Assembly: GCA_024679065.1 (NCBI GenBank)
Contig: JAGIQG010000022.1
Coordinates: 16,120,001 to 16,184,000 of the forward strand
Origin: Sphyrna mokarran
Lineage: Eukaryota
Length of the DNA: 64,000 bases
Direction: 5' to 3'
Position numbers and translations under genes: made by a program. A model generated the notes under the pieces. It did not search any database. It was not told the DNA's origin and saw only the letters and a program-made list of their open reading frames with translations. Below, in pieces: positions 26,734-41,029 of this stretch. Position 1 is the stretch's first letter; each line of letters begins with the position of its first letter.

Positions 26734-28540
26734 CTGGCATTAGAGTGATAGTAAACAATACTCAGTGTATCGCCTTGGATGAAAACTAAATTATTAACAA
26801 AAATGAGCTCATTTTCACTCGTAGAATCTTTGTATCATGAAGATCATTTTTTGAAATCATGTCATAGAATTGGCATAAAGTAGCAGTTATCACACACTTC
26901 TTCAAGTCAACTTTGAAAACAATTGTATTCACAAATAAACAACATTGTTGGGGTAACCAATGATGGAAGATATGCAGGATGACAAAACACAAAGTTTGAC
27001 TAATTAAACATTAATCTCTGTTGCAACGAGCAGCAGATTGAGAATATTTCAGCATTTAATGAAAACCTTATAATTTTCCCATTCTCCAACTCCACTTCAT
27101 TCATTCTCTACTGAAGCAATTAATTTCTTGCTGGACATGGCTGCATATGCATCAGTCACCCTTTGGTTTCTTGCCTATTTGGCTTTTCTTTATAACCTTT
27201 GTTTGAATCAGCAGACTACTGGACCAAAAGGCACATTGAGAGTGCAAACCATAGATGATTTCCCTAACAATATTGCTTCTTGGTTGAGAACATTTAACAG
27301 CACAGTCCAGGTATGAAATCTGTGATCCTCTTGGGCATTAACTTAATGTCACTTAACTCAACTACTGGGGCACTTTTGTGTCATTTTCTCGTGGCTAAGT
27401 TAAATAACATCGATGTATTTTGACACAGTGTTTAATCATAAGACTATACAGCTTCTTTCCTTTATTATAGATGGGAGGATAGCAAATAACTCTTCCTCCT
27501 GCGCAACAATGGAATCTTTAGCATGGATATTATTAATAAACAAATCTACTTAAAAACATGTTTACTTTTTTAAGAATCTGTATCAATATTAGGTTTAAAA
27601 AGTCTTAGAATGTGGCGCAAAATTATGGATAAAACATAACTGGTTTATTTATAAACTGGAAAAAATATTATTCATTCAGATATATGACGCTAATGACAAT
27701 GATGACATTAATTAATATTCCACAATACTAGCGAATATGAATTTGAGAAGGATAAAAAAAACAAGCAAAAGTACACAGCCAAGTACTCTATAAAATAATC
27801 TTCAAAGGAACAGAACAGAAAATACGGAATGGGGACTGCACTTTTAAAATGAGAATTATATACACATTTTTCTTCATTCATTTCATTCTCCTGCTAAGAT
27901 CATTAAAGTGCATATTTGAATTTATTAACCATCAGGTGTCTTGATCTGCATTTCAAAGCTATTTCTTGTTTCAACCAGTATGATTTACTGACTTGAAAGA
28001 GCTAAAAGTGCCACTGTCTTCCAAATTATTTCTTAAGATCTATGGTATAGCAACAGGACTTAAGCAGAAGCAAAACGTGCCTGAAGGTAGTTTAATAATA
28101 GTTGTAAAGAATGGTAGAATTTTGCATAGTTTGGAATTTTTTGCTTACACGTGAAAAAAGAGTAAATGTCGAAATTGGATTTCAATCATCATTGATTTGT
28201 TTTCTTAGGCTGAAAGGTAACAAACTAAGATAAATTAACCAATTCTTTGCACTTTTCATGCTGCATGAGATATCAGCAGAAGTAAATTATAGGCAGTGGG
28301 CTCATGATTTTGTGTTTTATGCCTATCACTTGCAAGCTACCTCAACGCTTTCCATGATTTTGAAAAAAGAGATCATTTTTTTCCACTCCCTGTCCATTAC
28401 GTTTGTATGTACATCTAGGATCATGGTTTCACTGTGTCCCTCATATAGCAATGTGACCACTTAAAGATTACTGCAACCAGTAAATTAACAGTACTTCTGA
28501 TGGTGTCCATCAGGTTACAAAGAAGAAGCATTGCAGCTGA

Positions 28541-28719
28541 GAAAACAAAGTGTCTTTAGTTTTTTTTTATTTTAATATTCTTTATAGTTGACCTAAATCT
28601 TGGACACTGTAAGCCTGCACTAGCCTATTTGTGAGTGCCTCACAGCACAATCCGAATAAACACCATAAAAATTATCAGGTCCTTCAAGGCTACCCAGCTG
28701 ATAAACAGCATGAACAAGT
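28541..28719 (+). repeat. About 180-bp direct repeat, copy 1
   Basis: Aligns end to end with 30231-30407. Confidence 0.9.
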
Positions 28720-29775
28720 CAAATGATCATTTATCATGGATACAATATATTTGTATGCTCTTGATACAAGCTGAGAATCCAGCACAAAATATATTTCAGA
28801 TGGGGCCAGAATGCTATATTCAAAGTTCTTGATACCTTGATACTTTTAGCACTGTGTCAAGCAGTGACAAACCTATAAACTTCTGGGGCACAAAGCTGAG
28901 TTTGAAAAGCAGCACTTGGTTAACCATGCTTTTCTCAGCTTATAAGAGCTAGACAAAAAAAAATGCATAACTTAAAAGACAAACCTCAATGTGACCACTT
29001 TTAATTAAGTGAACCTGACAAGGAATTGTTCTTGAGCCATAACTGGAGAGTTCTTCTATTGTTGTAATTAACAATTGCTAGTAGTAAAACTGCACACTCA
29101 AGAAATCAGACATTTTAAAGTTTAAACAAAGTTTACATTTGTGGGTCATTGCATGTAAAGAAAAAAACAGCCCAATTATTTTTGGTTAACAATAATTTCT
29201 GGCCCTAGAAATCATCTAACTTGATTGTCTTGGCTTTCACCGATGAGTTCTTTGCTCAGGTTCCTGACACTGCTGGTCAAATCCAGTTTAAGAACAACTG
29301 AAACTTTTTATATTTATTCTCAAAAACTACCAAGATTGTGCAAACGACAAAGCTATGTTCAAGGAGAAGGACAGTGATAGGGAGAATAACCTTCAGCATT
29401 AAATGCAAATATAACAGACAAATTATTTTGGAATTGGTGATCGCTAAGTGGCATCAGGCAAAAACAAAATTGAATTGAACATATTCACATAATAATAGAA
29501 AAAGGGAAAGATCATATGGTTCTGTCCGAAAGAGTTTTGATGAAAAATTCCTATTTCTGATTGGATAAACAATTGTTCCAAAGAATGTAGAGAATGACAA
29601 AAGAAACTTTGTATATTACTACCGGCTAATTATTTTGTTTTTAAATAGAATCTCAGGTATCCAGTATACCCAATTAAATTTTGCTTTGGTAGAACTCTAT
29701 CAATGTTGACTGTAATATTATGGTGTGATGGCAAATGCTATCCATCATGGCTAAAATTATGTCAAAAATACTTAC

Positions 29776-29921
29776 TCTCAGCCGATGATAAGAAGCAATT
29801 GTGATACTGCTGCTAAAATGGACCTCCAGAAATTCAGCACTAGCTGTTAGTACTGTATGGCCAGGTGATTCTGCTTGAACGCATATCCCAGTACAGTGTG
29901 TAGCATCAGGTTCTAATCTCC
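29776..29921 (-). CDS. NUP210L: NUP210-like exon 8/20
   Basis: GRLEPDATHCTGICVQAESPGHTVLTAS...SITIASYHRLR; ctactag / gtaagt; 146 nt. Confidence 0.92.
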
Positions 29922-30230
29922 CTAGTAGGAAACAGTTGACAATTAATGATAAGATTTGACTTACTAAAGATATGATCAAACAACTTGGAATGCAATTGAG
30001 AATAATGTGCAAAATTAATTAATTTTAAATGCTTTTGATATTAACATAGAAATATAGAAGATAGGAGCAAGAGGAGGCCATTTGCCCTTTGAGCCTGCTC
30101 AACCAATCATGGCTGATCATCTAACTCAATAGCCTAATCCTGCTTTTTCCCCATAAATATTATACAATAATTTTTTTCTTTAAACACAACAGGAAACTAT
30201 TTTGGTATCAATATCTGCTCATTCTGGCAT

Positions 30231-30407
30231 GAAAACAAAGTGCCTTTAGTTTTTTTGTATTTTAATATTCTTTACAGTTGACCTAAATTTTGGTCGCAGT
30301 AAAGCTGCACTAGTCTACTTAAGAGTGCCTCAAGCACAGTTCGACTAAACACCATAAAAATTATCAAGTCCTTCAAGGCTATCCAGCTAATAAACAGATG
30401 CACAAGT
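30231..30407 (+). repeat. About 180-bp direct repeat, copy 2
   Basis: Aligns end to end with 28541-28719. Confidence 0.9.
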
Positions 30408-30829
30408 AGTGAAGCATTTGAAATTGAAGGCAATCATTTTACCAAATGGTTGACAGGATGTGATTCATGGTGTACCCCAACATACTGGGAGCTCAGCTTC
30501 TCATTTGAAATACTCAAGTATGTATCCACGTTTATTGACAATGTTACATCAAGTAACAGTGTGTGGCGGAAATGGGAATACAAAGTTGAAAACAATATAC
30601 TGAGTGGGCAAAACATTGGGATGTATCGTTCAATGTGGCAAAATGAGCAGTGATTGACTTTGGACCAAACACAGGTCAAGGTATTTTCTAAATAATGAGG
30701 AGTTAGGAACCATGAAATGTGAGATGATTGTGATCCTGACTGCATGTAACAGACGGATGCAGGTTGCTCCATGAATTTTGTCATTCTAACATTTGTTTTG
30801 TGGAAAAATTCTGCCCAAAATGTCTGCAA

Positions 30830-31545
30830 AGGGTTAAAGATAGGTTAAATAAGTAGGCAGAAAATTGGCAGATACAGCATGATGAGGGAAATGTGAACTT
30901 GCCCATTCTGGCTAAAGAATAAAAAAAAGCAGCATATTATTTAAAGACAGGGCCTATCAGAGATATACATGGTAACATGTAGGCAAGGTTCTCAATAATT
31001 ACTTTGTCTTCTTCTCCAAGGAGACAGATAATTTGGATAATCTAGTTAAAGAGGAATTTGTGAATGCTAGATACAATAAACTTGGCAAGACAGCAAGTAA
31101 TAAAGAGACTGGCATCATTGAAGTTGGATAAATCACTAGCGCCAGATGGACTGTATCCTAGCCGCTGAAGAAGCCGAGTAGGAAATAGTGGTTGCTGTGA
31201 AGGTCATTTTTCAATCCTCACTAAAAACAGGATTGGAGATCTGCGAACATTACATCATTATTTAAAAAGAGTGTGAGTGATTGACCAGAAAACTATAGAC
31301 CAGTCAATCAGACTTCAGTGGTGGGCTAATTACTGGAAACAATCTTAAGAGACAATATAAACTGTCACTTAGTAAGACATGGATTGATCAAGGAGAGTCA
31401 GCATGGTTTTGTCAGAAGAAGATTGTGTCTTACTAACTTAAATTTTTGTGGAACTAACGAGGAGGACTGATGGAGGTAATGCAGTGAATAATATTTATAT
31501 GGATTACAGGCATCTGACAAAGTTCTTCATAGCAGACTTATTCAT
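30830..31545 (+). mobile_element. Degraded CR1 LINE fragments
   Basis: Remnants of NYRPVSLTSVVG and QHGFV...CLTNL motifs. Confidence 0.7.
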
Positions 31546-31950
31546 GCATGCTGTTAAATATGTTTTAGAACAAAATTAGTAATTTTATCAGGAATTCAAA
31601 TAACACTGTACCTTTAAGCAGTTTGCTTTATGCAGGTTGGTTCAGCTTTTTCTGACTTGCCCACTGATTATGAATAAAGCAGGCCCTTACCTGGCGACAT
31701 TAAATTCAGTCTGGAACCAAACATAAAGTATTGCATGCCAGTAAGACCCACACAAGATTGCAATTTCAAATTATATGGAGCAAAACGTCAGGATTTTTAA
31801 TCCTGAATCTGCCAACGTGGAGGGTCCACGCAATTAGTGGAGCTTTGGACAATTGTTTTAGAACTTAACTGTTTAAATAATGTTAATAGATGTAAAATAT
31901 CCAGTTTATAGTTACTAAATAGTAAACAAAACAATGCTTTTCTATTGTAC

Positions 31951-32149
31951 CTTGAATGACTTTGAATACCCCTTGCTTGTCCATCTCCACTGCCAAATTC
32001 ATTAACGAGCAGTCATTCACTGGCACCGTTTCCATGGCATCTGTATCCAAGAGTCCATAAACCATGATAGGTAGGTCAAGGGTCTGACCAACCTCTATTT
32101 CTACTTGAGATTGAACAAACTCTATACTGACTGGCCTCAAAACATTGAC
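31951..32149 (-). CDS. NUP210L: NUP210-like exon 7/20
   Basis: VNVLRPVSIEFVQSQVEIEVGQTLDLPI...DCSLMNLAVEMDKQGVFKVIQ; ccttag / gtacaa; 199 nt. Confidence 0.92.
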
Positions 32150-32529
32150 CTAAGGATCATTCAAAATATTGATTTAAATCAACAGTGTACGTAACTCATT
32201 CATGGCATACATGGGAAATCATTCCTCAGTCTAAACACAGATACACTATTAATCAAATTAGAATGGAAATTAGACATGTAAAATACTCTAAAACCTGCTG
32301 TGCCCAATCCTGTGCAATCATTTACAAAACAGAACAAGAATATTGTTTCACCTACTTCTTATCAAAAAATTTTTAGTCTTAATTCATGATGGAAAATTCT
32401 TACAATTGCTATATCTTGGAGCAAATTGAATTTTTATTCCACTGATAAATCTTTACAAGCTGGAGGGAACATAAATTGTAAGGAGTTACTGAATGACCAA
32501 TTAGTGTGTGACAATATTTAGTTCAATTG

Positions 32530-32812
32530 ATAGCTATTAGTGTCACAAGCAGGTTTACATTAACTCTGTAATTAAGTTAGTGTGAAAACCCCCTAGTCGT
32601 CACACTCTGGCATCTGCTCGGGTACACTGAGGGAAATTTAGCATGGCCAGTGCGCCTAACCAGCATGTCTTTCAGATTGTGGAAAGAAATTGGAGCACCC
32701 AGAATCTCACACAGACATGAGGAAAAAATTCAGACTCTACACGGACAGTGACCCAAGCCAGGAATCAAACCTGGGCCTGTGGTGCTGTGAGGCAGCAGTA
32801 CTAACCACAGTG
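32530..32812 (-). mobile_element. V-SINE copy
   Basis: tRNA-like head, V-domain and shared tail. Confidence 0.82.
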
Positions 32813-34634
32813 CTGATAGTGTACAACTGTGCTGCCCATATAACGTATTATGCAGATCAACACCACATTTCCTGCCAGCTACCAGGACGCCACCATTCAG
32901 TTCTTAATATCCCCTTTCTTTCAGTCTGAACATCCAGTTTGAGGATAGCTGCTCGGAGACAATGGTTATTCTCTTCAAACCTGGTTAGTGATATCTCTCA
33001 GGAAACAAAGCACAGATGTAGCATTGTGGTACAATCAGTGCCATGCCTCCACTTGAACCATGATGGAACAGACTTCAAGAACCCTGAAGCAATGCTCTTA
33101 CTATTGCGATAGACGTGGGGATGTCCTGTGGCATAGCTCCCAATGTCTGCTCTTTGCATCACTACTTTGCCACTTAGAAGAGTGAAGCTACTGAGCCAGC
33201 TGCACAGGAAGATATGGCCTGTCAAACTGAATGGGCAGCAAGGAAAAAAAATCACAATGATCAGGAAAATAAGGTCTTCTTATCCTTACAGCAGCTCATC
33301 CAAAACACTCTAGCTGAAAAGATATTACTTCCTGCACCAGATAGCTGTATTATATTTCTGATCTGGAAGCACTGAAGCTATCCATATCACAATTGAGTGT
33401 GGGGGGGAGAAAGAGAGTGGTGAAGCAGTGGTGAATGGTGAAGAGGAAGGCATCTCTTAGGAGGATCGGAATATGGAGATAAGTACTTATGGCAATATTA
33501 GGACCTTGAACTAAAGTGAAGCATAGTTAATGACAGTAAAAATAGTTTGTTTTTTAAAAATATATGTTCTACAAAATTTGTTTAGTTAGTAATTAACAAC
33601 CGCATCATGGGATGGAGTTTTGTTGTGGTGGCTGGTAGCTCAAGTCAGGAAATTTCCTGACTTGGCAGATTGACTTTGTTCAAAGTGCCACAAATATCTC
33701 AAAATGTCTGCCCTGATGAAGTAAAATAAAGTTTTAATTATGTAATGCAGCCTACACCACATAAATAAAACCTCCCGTTCAAAGTCCTTCAATCTCAAGT
33801 GATTAATTTCCATTTAAAAGTCTACTCATAACTCTAATTCTTTAATAACCTTTGAGTTCTCAATCTGTCAACTTAGAAATCCCTGAGATAATTGTAGTTT
33901 TTGGAAATTAACAAAACATTAATGAAGACACCTTTGGGGAATGTCAACAAACAGCAAGTGAAACTACTTGAATAGCTATTTTACCTCTTACTAACACTTG
34001 TAGTTTATTTTTAAAAACTTTGGTCATGACAGTTGAACAGACCTTATCTGTCCTTCTACTCCATCAGCTTGTGACTCCCACACTGCAGTTAAGAAGGCTC
34101 TTGCAACATCTAAAACGGGGTCTGTTTGAACTCAGCATTGACTTCAATTGGACACTTTGGGATTGAATTTCCCTCATGTATAAATCATGCCCCCCCTCCC
34201 TTCCCCTACTAGCAGATATTGAATCCATTAGAAATGGGTGAATTTAGGTCCTGGCTGCCATTTTTAAAACTGCCAAGTTGTTGCGACTCAATGAAAATCT
34301 GACCCTTTTGTGTTCATCTCAAAGCCCTATTTTTGTTTGGATCACTGGAAAAAGAAATGGCAGGACAATAGACATGTTGACTCCAATGAAGCTCAATGAC
34401 CTCTCACATGATGCCAATGCCACTTGCACATGGCAGCATCTTAGCAGTCACACTATTTGTGAGATAATAGATAATACAAGTTCTTTAAAGCCTGAAAGTC
34501 AATAACAGCGTTGTTCTCAAACTTAATAAGTCGTGAGAAATGGAGCAGCCTTCATGATCTTAGTAAATGCAGCCCTGAGAGATGTTACTATTGGTGTTGG
34601 AAACTCCTGAAGCTCAAATGATATTTGAATAGCG

Positions 34635-37600
34635 TTACGTTCTCTACTACTGGGATGTATTCCCATGAATGAATTCCACAGACATCAGGGATCATATTTA
34701 TTGCAGGTCTTACTTACTCTACATTCCAAACTATAACTGCACTCCTAGGATGGTTCCTCGAAAGATTAGCCTGACTTAGGGTCACGTTGAAAGGGATGAT
34801 GCCCCAACATGCAGAACAGTCCTCTCTTTTAAACAACAACCCTTCATAACAGCAACAGCAATCTACCTTATTTACATACAATTACAAACTTTTGTTTTTG
34901 CAAGAATTTCCCGACGTAATGTTTATTATTTACATAATGATACATTTCTTTCTTTTGTTTCTCCAGACTACACTGGAGACTACACTGAAATAATGAAGCT
35001 GTCTGAGGGACGATGGTCCTGTGGAGGTTGCTTCCTGGGAGCTGGAATCGGCCTTTGGTTCATCTCCAGCTTCTCCCCCGAAGAGTAATTCCTGGCAAAT
35101 ACCAGCTTGCCCATGCAAGCCTGTCTTGATGGTCCATCTGTGTCTTCTAGTTCCTCTTCACCAATCATTTTGTTTCATCAGGCCTTAGTAGATCAAATAT
35201 CATATGCAACTGTCACCCAACATCAACGCCGCTGGGGAACATTTAGTTGCTACATGGGCAGTATTCCTGTACATATTTAAGAATTTGTTTAATTTTCATG
35301 TCAATGACCCCTCCACCCATGACACCTCTATAGAGCTTTTAATAGATTATACAAAATGCTCCGCTATGCCATTCATCTCTGGGTGGTAGGGCGTAGACTG
35401 CACATGACAAATTCCATGCAGTCCCATGTACTCCTCAAAGTCCTGCGATACGAACTGTTCATTGTCACTACAACCTCTCTGCATTTCCAAACCTTGCAAA
35501 ACATGTCACTGAGTTTGTCAAAGGTCGTTTCTGAGATAGTTGACTTCATATGTATTCCTTCCTGCCACTTTTACAGCGTGTTTACGGCCACCAGTAACAC
35601 ATGGCCCTCTAACGGCCTATATGGACATGTTTCCATGGTACCTTTTGCCTTTCCCATCGGTACAAGGATGCCTTACAAGTTTTGGAACATGATACTCAAG
35701 ACACTGCTATCTTCCCAATGCTCCAATCCACTTTTGGCTACCACACATAATTGCAGGCTACCCCTTTCATCCACACCACACCTGGATGTTCCTGGTGCAG
35801 TTGTTCCAGGACTCTTCTCCTCAAGGAAGGGGGAATGATTACCCGCATGTCCCACAACAAATAACTATCCTGCACCAACAATTCCCCCACTGACAGTTTT
35901 TATATGGTCTTAGTTCAGTATTCTCCTGTCGGTTTATTCTTTCCTTGCAGATGAGATCTACCTAAGTGTGGGATCCTTCCATATGGCGTTTTCACCTTAG
36001 GTGCTGTAAGTGGTACCTTATGGTCTTGTGAAAAGTACATGATTTTTACAAGCTTGTCAAGGAAATGGCAGGCTGGATAATACGTCAGCATTGCATGTTG
36101 ATCCAAGTAGTGCTAACGAATCTCATGGACATGGTCCTATTGTATTAATGCCTACTTCCATAATCAAACTGCAGCCGTAGATGGAATCCTGAGTGAGGTC
36201 CTAAAATCTTAAATCAGTGGTCTATGGTCTGTGCCTGCCACGCAGATAGTGGTGAAATTTGATAACACTAACTCCTTTTCGACTTTTGCTTGGTTTTCTT
36301 CTGCTTTAGAGAGTGATTTAGATGTGAATGCAGTATGTCTGTCCTCCCTATGTACCATCAATGGAAAAGCATCACTCAGACATCATACGGTGAGGTGTCA
36401 CAGACCATCGGCAGAGGTAATCTGGGATAAAAATTAACTAGGATTCCAGAGCCCTTCAATGCCTTCTGTACTGCCTGGTAAGCCTTCTCACACTCTGGGC
36501 CCACTCCCAAGTCTGCCCTTTCAATAACATATGATGTAGTGGTTTCATCAATGGTTTCACCAAGTCAGATACAAATTTGTTATAATAATTTATGAGTTTC
36601 AGGAAGGACCTCAACTGGGACAATTTTCAAGTCTCAGTGCCTTCATACGAACCCCAGCCTTTTCCCCGCTTTATGTAACTCCTTCCTGTAAATAGCATGT
36701 CCTAAATATTAGACAGAGTCCCTACATCTCTTTCTTAATCTGCTGTCCATGTTCCTGTAGTCTCTTCAACATCTCTTCTAGTTTTCACAAGTGTTCTTCA
36801 TCTGGGATATCATCTCAATAACATTGGACCGCCTCTCCGGAAGTGGTTCAAATTCTGGTCCATGCTTTTTGAAATATGGCCTGGGCCAATTGCCAATAGA
36901 CAATCATATATAAGAGAACAATCTTTTTGGGTAATTATAATTAATGGTGGCTTTGAGTCTTCGGCCACCTCCAACTGCAGATAAGCTTGGGAGAGATACA
37001 TTTTGGTGCAATTCTGACCGCCAGCAAGGCTGATAAACAGGTCATCGATAAGGGATAATGGATACTGGTCAGAACGAAGTTCACTGTGACTTTAAAATTC
37101 CCACACAGCCTCACTGAGCCAATGGTCTTCATGAGTGGAACAATGGCCATGGCTCGCTTACTCATGGCCACTGTCTCCAACACCCCAAACCTACTAATTT
37201 TTCGAATTCAACCTCCACCTCGGGTCTGATCACACATAGCACTGGACGTACTTTCACGTTCTTTGGGAAAGCACCTGGCTTCTGCCGTAGGCTCATTTTC
37301 CTTCCCTTCATCTTTGCAAGGGTTTCACTGAACACACTGTATCTCTCCAAAATATTGTTCAGGTTCGAACGAGACTCCATTATCTGTTCGCTGCCTCTCA
37401 ATTCAATTTCAGTTGTTTCAATGAGATTTGTCCAAACAATGTGGGATAGTCACCCTTAATGATATGCAAAGGTAAATGTGCGCACTAATCCTTCAGCTTT
37501 ACCTTGGCCGAGACATAGGCCTTAAGAGGAATTAGCTGTTCCATGTACATCCTCAGAGTGATGTTCGCTGGCTTCAAGGTTACATGACTTAATTTTTCTT

Positions 37601-38870
37601 ATATGTTGACTCTGAAATCATCAACACTGCCACCCCTGTGGCAACCACCATCTTTACAACTTTTCTTCTACTTTGGGCATCACCTAGAACCAGTTTGCTT
37701 CACTTCGCATAAACTAATATTTAAATTTAAACCGTGTCCTCCTCAGTCTGCTCTGTTTCAACCACAGACTCTGCAGACTCCTTGTGCTCATCTACACTGG
37801 CTACTTGCCAGTTCTTCCTTGGATTTGACGCTAATTGCTTTGACTTTGCACTCTCTTGGGGTGCTAGTAAGTTGCAATTTCAGCAATGTGGTTTGTTTTC
37901 TGACAGTTCCAGCATTGAGCTTCAGCAAATGGACTCTGTGTGACCCACCCAACCACAATAGCAGCATTTGTCGGCCTATGACTGACTCTTTGGCACCTCT
38001 GCCAACATTTGCACCCTGGAATAGCGCCTAATTGCGCTGCCTTCCTGGTGGCCCATTCCATTGAGATCGCAGTTTCAAAAGCCTTCTTAAACTCCAACTG
38101 TGGTTCTGGAGCAGTCTTCACTGAATTGCTTCATACTGGTCCTGCTTGTGAAAATGGAAACGTTCAGTGATCAACAGTGATTTTGGTGCAAAATGGTCTT
38201 TCAACATAGCACACAACTCTTGCAAAGGCTTGTCAGTTGATTTCTCCGGCTGCAATAAACTCCTCAGAACACCGAATGCCTTATGTTCAATTGTGCTAAG
38301 AAAGACAGGCACAATGAGGTGATCTACCACCAATTTGCTGTGATTAATGTATTTAACTATTTGATGAAGGCCGTCCATGACTTAGCTTCCTTGTCAAATG
38401 CATCTATCATGTCAAATTTTCCTGCTTTTTTTTTTCTCTTGCTGACAACTATGGTTTTCCCGGCCTGAGCCAAGTCCCAAAGCCTCTTGCCCACACTAAT
38501 TCCTGCACACTTCTTTCTTCCCGAGCGCTTGGTACTCCCATCTCCTGACTAGAGTGCCCTCCAATTGCCCTGCAACATCCGATTCCAGCAAAGATCGTGG
38601 AGTCAGAAGTTTGCAACCGTTGATGACGTCCGGGTCCATTCAATTCACTGCTTCTCATGATGCCTCCTTAACCCTTACCTGTTCTCCAAGGAGTTTTTAT
38701 TATTTACACTGCACTATGGATCTTGGCTGATGGCCCGTGATGAAATTCCCAATTCTTGACCCTATGGGTCGCTAGTCACTCCAATCTTTGTCGCTAGTCT
38801 TAATTCTCTACTAATGGGGTGTATCCTCAAGAACTGACTCCACAGACAGACATTGGGGAACACAGTACTA
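34635..38870 (-). mobile_element. Second decayed Ty3/Gypsy LTR retrotransposon
   Basis: gag LKDHFAPKSLLITERFHFHK (38118-38378), zinc-knuckle remnant CWNCQKTNH, RT IVPLMKTIGSVRLCGNFKVTVN (36941-37183), integrase remnants; matching LTR-end segments at about 34640-34683 and 38804-38846. Confidence 0.87.
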
Positions 38871-39169
38871 CTTGCTCCGGTGGGCACTAGAAGGCTATCA
38901 ATACCTGATTGATACTCGTCTGACAACCAAGCGGCTTCAATGGCCTCTGATCCTTCTATGTGGCCACGGTGCCTAGTCCCAGTTGGTGGGGACCATGAAT
39001 AATTTTATTGGTGAGAGATATCCAGCAGGAAACACAACAGGATTCCCGCTGGCTGGGTCACTGCAATCCGGATTGCAATCCACCCATAATTGTAAACATC
39101 TTTTCGGGTGATTTGTGCCATGAATCAGATGTGCAATACCTAAAGATGCTGACGTGGACTGCTCCTTAG

Positions 39170-39345
39170 ATCTGATTTGATTTATTATTGTCATATCTAT
39201 TTGTATATAGTGAAAAATATTGTTTCCTGCACACTATACAGAAAAATCATACTGCTCATAGAGAACATGGAGAGAAGGAAAAAAGAGGATGCAGAATGTA
39301 GTGTTACAGTCATAGCTAGGGTATAAAGAAAGATCAACTTCATAT
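39170..39345 (-). mobile_element. Rex1/Babar 3' UTR fragment
   Basis: Reverse complement of the 3' UTR at 23575-23728. Confidence 0.75.
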
Positions 39346-40792
39346 AGTTTAAAAGAATTAGACAACTCTTTTAAACTATATGAATTAGAAGAGTTTTAAG
39401 GGCATAGAATGAGAGTAAAAGAATTAATGGCTGGGACAGCTCGCATGAAGTCACCACACTCCAGAGGTATTGGGATACCCTTTTTAAACCTTGCCCCAAT
39501 CTCTGAATAATGCTACAAACTGCCTCTGCTTGTCACTGACAAATGCCCCCTTACAATTCTCCAGCATCAATTCCCACCCGCTTTCAAAATGAGCGTCACC
39601 CCACTGTGGAGTTGCTGAAGGCCTCGCTCCTGGCATTGCCAAATGACACTACCCTCTGGCACCCTTGCAGTTCCAATCTGGAGATGCCAGACTGCCAGTG
39701 GGTAGTTATAGGGCCTGTCCAGCCATGTACCTGACCACCTGGGGGCTATAATGGCCTCTGAGTCCTCAGGATTGGGTCATCATCCATACCCAGAGAATTC
39801 AACAGCCATGAGAAGGTCCCCGGTGAGACACACTCACAGTTTAACATCTGAGTGGCACCACTTGCTTGTTTTGGTTAAAACCAGCCTGCAATAAAGGCAT
39901 GCTGCTCGACATCAGAGCTAAGAAAAAAATCCTCCTTTAAAAAAGAGCTCAGGATGTATACCTGTACTTCCTAGGAAGCACTTCAGTATAGCAAAAAAAA
40001 ACATTTGAAGGAGCTCAGACTGAACAACAGTGCTTTTGAGGAGGCACATCAGATTTTACGGACTATGAAGTGCTGTAAACATAAATAATCCTTTGTGGAG
40101 TCAGCAGCAGCTACGCAGGGATTATAAAAATTAATGTGAGTGAAATGGAATGTAAACAAAGCACTTCAAAGCTTTGAAAAGCTACAGAGAAGATTAACCA
40201 TGTGAGCCCCATCCCGCCCATCCAGGGGATACTTGCCCAAATCCCTCCATTTCAGCCCAAGCCTTCTTAACTGCCAGCTCCCTGGAAGCACCTCCCCTCT
40301 GTGCCCTGGCAGTGGATGACTCCCTGCAGGTGAATACTAAATGATATTCATCTCCCTGCTCCTCCTCAGAGTCAATTACACTTGGTCCCTTTTTTTAGGG
40401 ACCTGTAGTGATTAGTGCCTGGGTGGCTTTCCGGTAGTGTATAGGGCAGGGGAACATACTGGGAGGCTGCTGTATTTGACTTTATTTAATCTTACTAATG
40501 AAATTAACATCAATGCAAATAATTTCAGATCAGGTTCTCACCCTTTCTGGAAGCTAGGTGTATTCAAAACTGTTTAATGCCTGTCCAAATCCCATTCCTA
40601 TGTTTCGCCAAATTCACTAGCCCAGTGAGATCTGCGCCAGCACTAAATGAATTGGAAAATCACTACCCCCATTCTCTTCGAATCAGCATTACCTGCCAGC
40701 AGTGCTAACTCAGTTATTTTAAATGGGTTAATCGCAATGTTATAATAATAAATCAAAAAATCTGAGTTTTGATAAATACTTAGAGACCATTA

Positions 40793-40981
<189 letters not shown>

Positions 40982-41029
40982 TTAAGACGTTTTATAAAAA
41001 CAAGTGTAGTCCATGCAGAAAGAATTGCT

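Noticed and set aside
32150-32160. TCCTTAG near an acceptor suggesting a second U12 intron
   Set aside because: The motif is the acceptor itself and the paired donor at 40804 is the U2-type GTAAGT.
32830-33350. Possible RTE LINE 3' remnant
   Set aside because: Too degraded to delimit or assign confidently.
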